A stretch of 63,941 bases of DNA, filler included, from Deltaproteobacteria bacterium (lineage in GTDB: Bacteria > JAUYMQ01): NCBI GenBank assembly GCA_030698575.1. It is 12 parts of 12 records of this genome, joined end to end, with 100 filler letters (N's around TTAATTAATTAA, not from the genome) between each part and the next. Parts side by side here need not be neighbours in the genome. Positions count along the whole stretch, not along the records: positions 60,069 to 63,941 come from JAUYMQ010000050.1; 11 more parts are not named here. One strand, 5' to 3'. Position 1 is the stretch's first letter. Every line of letters starts with the position of its first letter. Positions 60,069 to 63,941 of the stretch are shown piece by piece. The translations under genes and the position numbers were made by a program. Below the pieces are notes generated by a model. It was not told where the DNA came from, made no database searches, and saw only the letters and a program-made list of their open reading frames with translations.

Positions 60069-61046
60069 GTGATACGGCCGATCCGGGGCGCGGTGACGGA
60101 AGGAACCGTCTTCTCGCCTTCGCTCACGGTGTTCTGGTCGCGGAGGTTCGGAACCTCGCTTTTTTACGAGGACAACCAGGGCTTCACGGAGGGCGGGCTT
60201 GGATCGATCAATAGGACGGTCGCCCTGAGTGGCTTCTATACCCTTTCACGGAACACAACGCTGAGCGGCGTGCTCGCGGGAGCGACGAACCGGAGCTTGC
60301 ACTTCCCGCTTGTGGAGAAATCGGACACCAATTCGTTCACGGCCAGATTTGGGCTCGTCCACACCTTCTCACCGCAGCTGACAGTGGATGTTTCGGCGGG
60401 TCCGCAGTGGACGAAGGATATCAACGCGCCGAGAAACGTGACCGCGCTTTACAACGGAATTACTCAGGCGGTGGTCGATCCTGTCCTGGGTCTCACGGAA
60501 AATGTGTTCATAAGCGAGGCGGGCAGAAAGGTGGACGACGTCTCGCTCGGGCTTTCGTTCAGTCTGAAGGTGTCGTACCAGGTCGACAAGAAGACCAACC
60601 TGTCGCTCTTCGCCGCGCGAGGAACGAACAGCGGCCAGGGGACAGCCGGGACGCAAGAGACACAGGAGTTGCAGGTGACGGGTTCGCGCGCTTTCAACTC
60701 GAAATGGAACCTTTCGGTCCGCGGTGCGTGGCAAAGACAAACAAGCGGCGACAGGAAGTATTCGATCCTGTTCCTGCCGGTGGTGATCAACGGAATAGTC
60801 ATCCACTCGCCGGACCCTGTCACGGGAGAGTTTCAGGCGCTTGACCGCAAATCCTTTGACATCGACGCGCGGCTCGCTCAGCGGCAGCTCACGTTTGAAC
60901 CGCGGCTGACCTACCGGGTCAATCCCTGGCTCGACACTTACGTTTCGTGGAACTGGACGGAGTCAAAAGACGAATTTATCGGTTCCGTATCGCGGGTGAA
61001 CCGGCTTCAACTAGGGCTCGAATTCCGGAAAGACGCGTACTACTGA
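60069..61046 (+). CDS. Outer-membrane beta-barrel protein of an EPS/PEP-CTERM locus, 5' truncated
   Basis: Alternating beta-strand pattern, aromatic C-terminus; upstream of the chain-length gene. Confidence 0.65.
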   Translation: MIRPIRGAVTEGTVFSPSLTVFWSRRFGTSLFYEDNQGFTEGGLGSINRTVALSGFYTLSRNTTLSGVLAGATNRSLHFPLVEKSDTNSFTARFGLVHTFSPQLTVDVSAGPQWTKDINAPRNVTALYNGITQAVVDPVLGLTENVFISEAGRKVDDVSLGLSFSLKVSYQVDKKTNLSLFAARGTNSGQGTAGTQETQELQVTGSRAFNSKWNLSVRGAWQRQTSGDRKYSILFLPVVINGIVIHSPDPVTGEFQALDRKSFDIDARLAQRQLTFEPRLTYRVNPWLDTYVSWNWTESKDEFIGSVSRVNRLQLGLEFRKDAYY

Positions 61047-61088
61047 GAGGCGGGGCCGGTCGGCCGCCGCCGGGGAGCAGCGTAGAAG

Positions 61089-62645
61089 ATGAATGAACAG
61101 CAGGGCGGAACCGCGATCACAGTTCAGTCGATCGTCAAGATACTGAAGCGACGGATGTGGTTCATCATCATTCCCTTCGTCCTGGTGACGCCCGTGGTGT
61201 CGCTCTACGCCCTGAACCTTCCGAACGTCTTCGAGGCCAGCGCCACGATTCTCATCACGCCCCAGAAGGTGCCGGTGGATTACGTTCGTCCGACGGTCAC
61301 GACCGATATCGGCGACCGCGTGGACATCATTATCAAGCAGATGCTCAGCTACGACCGGCTCAATCAGCTCGTCGACGAATTCAATCTGTATCCGGAGCTT
61401 GTCGACAAACTCACGCGCGAGGAGATCTTCTTCAAGATGATGGGCGACATCAAGATTTCGCCCGAGGAGAGCCTGACGCGGAACAATGAGGACAGGTCGC
61501 CTGGACAGCCGCGGGTGGTCGATTCATTCAAAATCAACTACCAAGGCAAGAACCCGCGAATCGTGGCGGCGGTCGCCAATAAGCTCGCCTCGATCTTCAT
61601 CGAGGAGAACCTGCGCGAACGGGAGCAGCTGGCGGTGGGCACGAGCGACTTTCTCACCAAGGAACTCGAACAGGCCAAGGTGGGGCTGGGGCAGCAGGAG
61701 GCGAAGGTCGCGGAGTACAAGCAGAAGCACCGCGGCATGCTTCCGGCTGAACTGCAGACCAACCTGAACAAGCTCGAGCGACTCCAGGGGACGCTGCACA
61801 CCATTTCCGCCACCATCAGTGCCGAAGAGGACCGCCGGATCACCCTCGAGAAGACCCTCACGGAACTCAACGCCGCGAGCTACGAGGACGACCCCGGGCA
61901 GCGCCTGGCAGAGCTGGAGGCAAGGCTTTCCGCCATGCGTGCCGTCAACCTCACGGAGCGGCATCCGGATCTTGTAGCGACCAAGCGTGAGATGGATCTG
62001 GTCAAGGAGCGGCTCGCCTACGAGCGCGCCAACCCCGATGCTTCCGCTGCGCGGATGAACCCGGCCACCTTGCAGACACGCCAGGAGCTGACTGCGTCGA
62101 AGCTTCGCCACGAATCGCTCCGCGAGCAGGAAGTGGAGATGAAGGCCGCTATCGCCAAGGTGGAGGGCATGGTGGGCGAAACGCCGCGCCGCCAGGAGGA
62201 ACTCAACACGATCGAACGTGACCTCTCGATGACACAGCGGCAGTATCAGGATCTGCTCGTCAAGATGCAGAACGCCCGGATGGCAGAGAATCTCGAGCGG
62301 AAGCAGAAGGGGGAGCAGTTCCGCGTGCTCAACACGGCGCAGATTCCAACCCGGCCCATTGAACCGGATCGCTCGAAGATCGTCACCTTCGGCGTTTTCC
62401 TGAGCATCATGTTCGGCGCGGCGCTCGGGGTTCTCGTCGAGGTGTCCGATCATTCGATCCGTGGACCGGTGCAGGCCCAGAGCTACTTCGGGATTCCCGT
62501 TCTGGCGACCATACCGAGGGTCGTGCTCGATACCGAGAGAACCAGGCGCGCGGCGCTGCAGCGTTCGATGGTAATCGCGGGGACAATTGTCGTGGGACTT
62601 CTCGGCGGCTCCCTTGTCGTGGTGTTTTTGCTGCGGTCGGCCTGA
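61089..62645 (+). CDS. Polysaccharide chain-length determinant (GumC/Wzc N-terminal type)
   Basis: N-terminal TM, long coiled coil, QKGEQFRVL...P.RP..P, C-terminal TM, GIPVLATIP. Confidence 0.9.
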   Translation: MNEQQGGTAITVQSIVKILKRRMWFIIIPFVLVTPVVSLYALNLPNVFEASATILITPQKVPVDYVRPTVTTDIGDRVDIIIKQMLSYDRLNQLVDEFNLYPELVDKLTREEIFFKMMGDIKISPEESLTRNNEDRSPGQPRVVDSFKINYQGKNPRIVAAVANKLASIFIEENLREREQLAVGTSDFLTKELEQAKVGLGQQEAKVAEYKQKHRGMLPAELQTNLNKLERLQGTLHTISATISAEEDRRITLEKTLTELNAASYEDDPGQRLAELEARLSAMRAVNLTERHPDLVATKREMDLVKERLAYERANPDASAARMNPATLQTRQELTASKLRHESLREQEVEMKAAIAKVEGMVGETPRRQEELNTIERDLSMTQRQYQDLLVKMQNARMAENLERKQKGEQFRVLNTAQIPTRPIEPDRSKIVTFGVFLSIMFGAALGVLVEVSDHSIRGPVQAQSYFGIPVLATIPRVVLDTERTRRAALQRSMVIAGTIVVGLLGGSLVVVFLLRSA

Positions 62646-62676
62646 ATGGGGCCGTTGCGGACAGGCGCATGAACTG

Positions 62677-63570
62677 ATGTACGAGAACTTCTACAAGCTG
62701 AACGCCAAACCCTTTAACGTCACACCCGACCCTCGCTTCCTGTTCCTGAGCGAGAGTCACAAGGAGGCGCTGGCGAATCTGCTCTACGGGATACAGGAGC
62801 GGAAGGGGTTCGTACTTCTCACCGGAGAGGTGGGAACGGGCAAGACCACGCTGCTCCACACCCTGATCGGCAGGCTCGAGGAAGACACGAAGACCGCATT
62901 TATTTTCAACACGCGGCTCGGGCCGCGAGACTTCTTCCAGTACATGTTCGAGGAGTTCGGACTTCCGTTCGAAGCCCGATCGAAAAGCGACTGTCTTGTG
63001 GCGCTGAACAATTTCCTCATCGAGAGGCTGGGGAAGGGGCAGAACACGGTCCTCATCGTTGACGAGGCGCAGAACCTGGATCCCTCAGTCCTGGAGGAGA
63101 TCCGGCTCATGTCGAATCTGGAGACGCCGACGGAAAAGCTCATCCAGATCCTGCTCGTGGGGCAGCCGGAGCTTGCCGAGAAACTGTCCCTTCCGGAACT
63201 TCGCCAGCTCCGCCAGCGAATCAGCGTCCGTTACAACATCCGACCGCTCTCGAGGGAGGAGACGCGCGCCTACGTGATCACGCGTCTGCGGATCGCTGGA
63301 AATCCGCACGACAGGATCTTCGACGAGAAGGCCGTCGACGTGGTTTTCCGGCTATCGGGCGGAATTCCCAGGCTCATCAACCTGGTGTGCGATTCGGCTC
63401 TACTTATGGGCTTCGCCCGCGGCGAGCGGCAGCTGAACGCGGAGCTTGTGCAGGATTCGGTGCGGGATCTCGAGCTTGACTCGATCCCGCGCCAGAAATC
63501 GAACGGCGGCTTGCGCGGGGGATTTCGCCGCCGCTGGAGCAACTTCACGTCGATCTTTAGATCCAGCTAG
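62677..63570 (+). CDS. ExeA-family AAA ATPase (PEP-CTERM/EPS locus type)
   Basis: MYENFY...PFNVTPDPRFLF, GEVGTGKT, IVDEAQNL, LVGQPEL, GGIPRLIN. Confidence 0.9.
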   Translation: MYENFYKLNAKPFNVTPDPRFLFLSESHKEALANLLYGIQERKGFVLLTGEVGTGKTTLLHTLIGRLEEDTKTAFIFNTRLGPRDFFQYMFEEFGLPFEARSKSDCLVALNNFLIERLGKGQNTVLIVDEAQNLDPSVLEEIRLMSNLETPTEKLIQILLVGQPELAEKLSLPELRQLRQRISVRYNIRPLSREETRAYVITRLRIAGNPHDRIFDEKAVDVVFRLSGGIPRLINLVCDSALLMGFARGERQLNAELVQDSVRDLELDSIPRQKSNGGLRGGFRRRWSNFTSIFRSS

Positions 63571-63608
63571 GGTGCAGCCGGCAGCGTCCGGCTGCGGAGG
63601 CCGATGGA

Positions 63609-63941
63609 ATGGGAAAAGTTTTTGACGCCCTGAAGCGAGCGGAGGAAGAGCGGAAGGCCGCGACGGGCGGTAGCCCGGCCACGTCCTCCGTCCCGGCTCA
63701 GGGTACGGCGCCAGAGGCGGTTGTCAGTCCGCCGGCGGAGGCCCCGCCGGCTGAGGCGACACTGGAAGCCCCGCCCGCGGTGCGGCCGGCTCCGTCACGC
63801 ATTCCACCACTGCGAAGAAAGGCGTTCTCCAACGCTCGCGGGAGCGTGGCGGACGCTTTCCGGACCATGTGGCGGTTGGTGCGGACCCGCGGCCGCATGG
63901 AGACCAATGACGAATTCGCGGACGTGAAGCGCCGGATCATC
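63609..63941 (+). CDS. Probable EPS tyrosine autokinase N-terminus (partial; not in the ORF track)
   Basis: MGKVFDALKRAEEE followed by a Pro/Ala linker, open to the window end; typical position after the ATPase. Confidence 0.6.
   Translation, partial: MGKVFDALKRAEEERKAATGGSPATSSVPAQGTAPEAVVSPPAEAPPAEATLEAPPAVRPAPSRIPPLRRKAFSNARGSVADAFRTMWRLVRTRGRMETNDEFADVKRRII

Overview
High-GC bacterial draft-genome window made of 12 contigs joined by artificial 100-nt spacers (N-run + TTAATTAATTAA + N-run at 4015-4114, 14811-14910, 19045-19144, 22326-22425, 25934-26033, 29877-29976, 34741-34840, 41751-41850, 45177-45276, 52622-52721, 59969-60068), so adjacency across spacers carries no meaning. The gene order trmFO-xerC-hslVU-argB-argD, an Arg-His-Arg-Lys tRNA cluster and PEP-CTERM/EPS genes suggest a delta-proteobacteria-like lineage (inference). 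Housekeeping and metabolic genes include ligA, folC, mreB, dcd, ccdA/tlpA, gloB, an RND pump, acyl-CoA catabolism genes, and rnfCDG next to a PFOR-like ferredoxin protein. The most interesting signal is a tRNA-Lys(CTT) integration hotspot seen on two contigs: one has the intact tRNA, the other has a 48-bp 3' duplicate beside an intact tyrosine integrase. Each is followed by its own diverged copy of the same two-gene module, a ~51-aa very basic FSWKRALG protein plus a stand-alone HsdR-N-type PD-(D/E)XK nuclease. One copy is intact as far as assembled; in the other both genes are inactivated. This is a candidate uncharacterised island-borne defence or toxin-antitoxin module. Other oddities are an accD with two in-frame deletions at apparent micro-repeats, a surface beta-propeller/di-heme protein with an IPTL-CTERM-like tail, a DNRLRE/Cys-repeat/multicopper oxidase fusion, an ISL3 end missed by the ORF track, and a candidate structured RNA. 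All family assignments come from motif recognition by eye; no searches were run.
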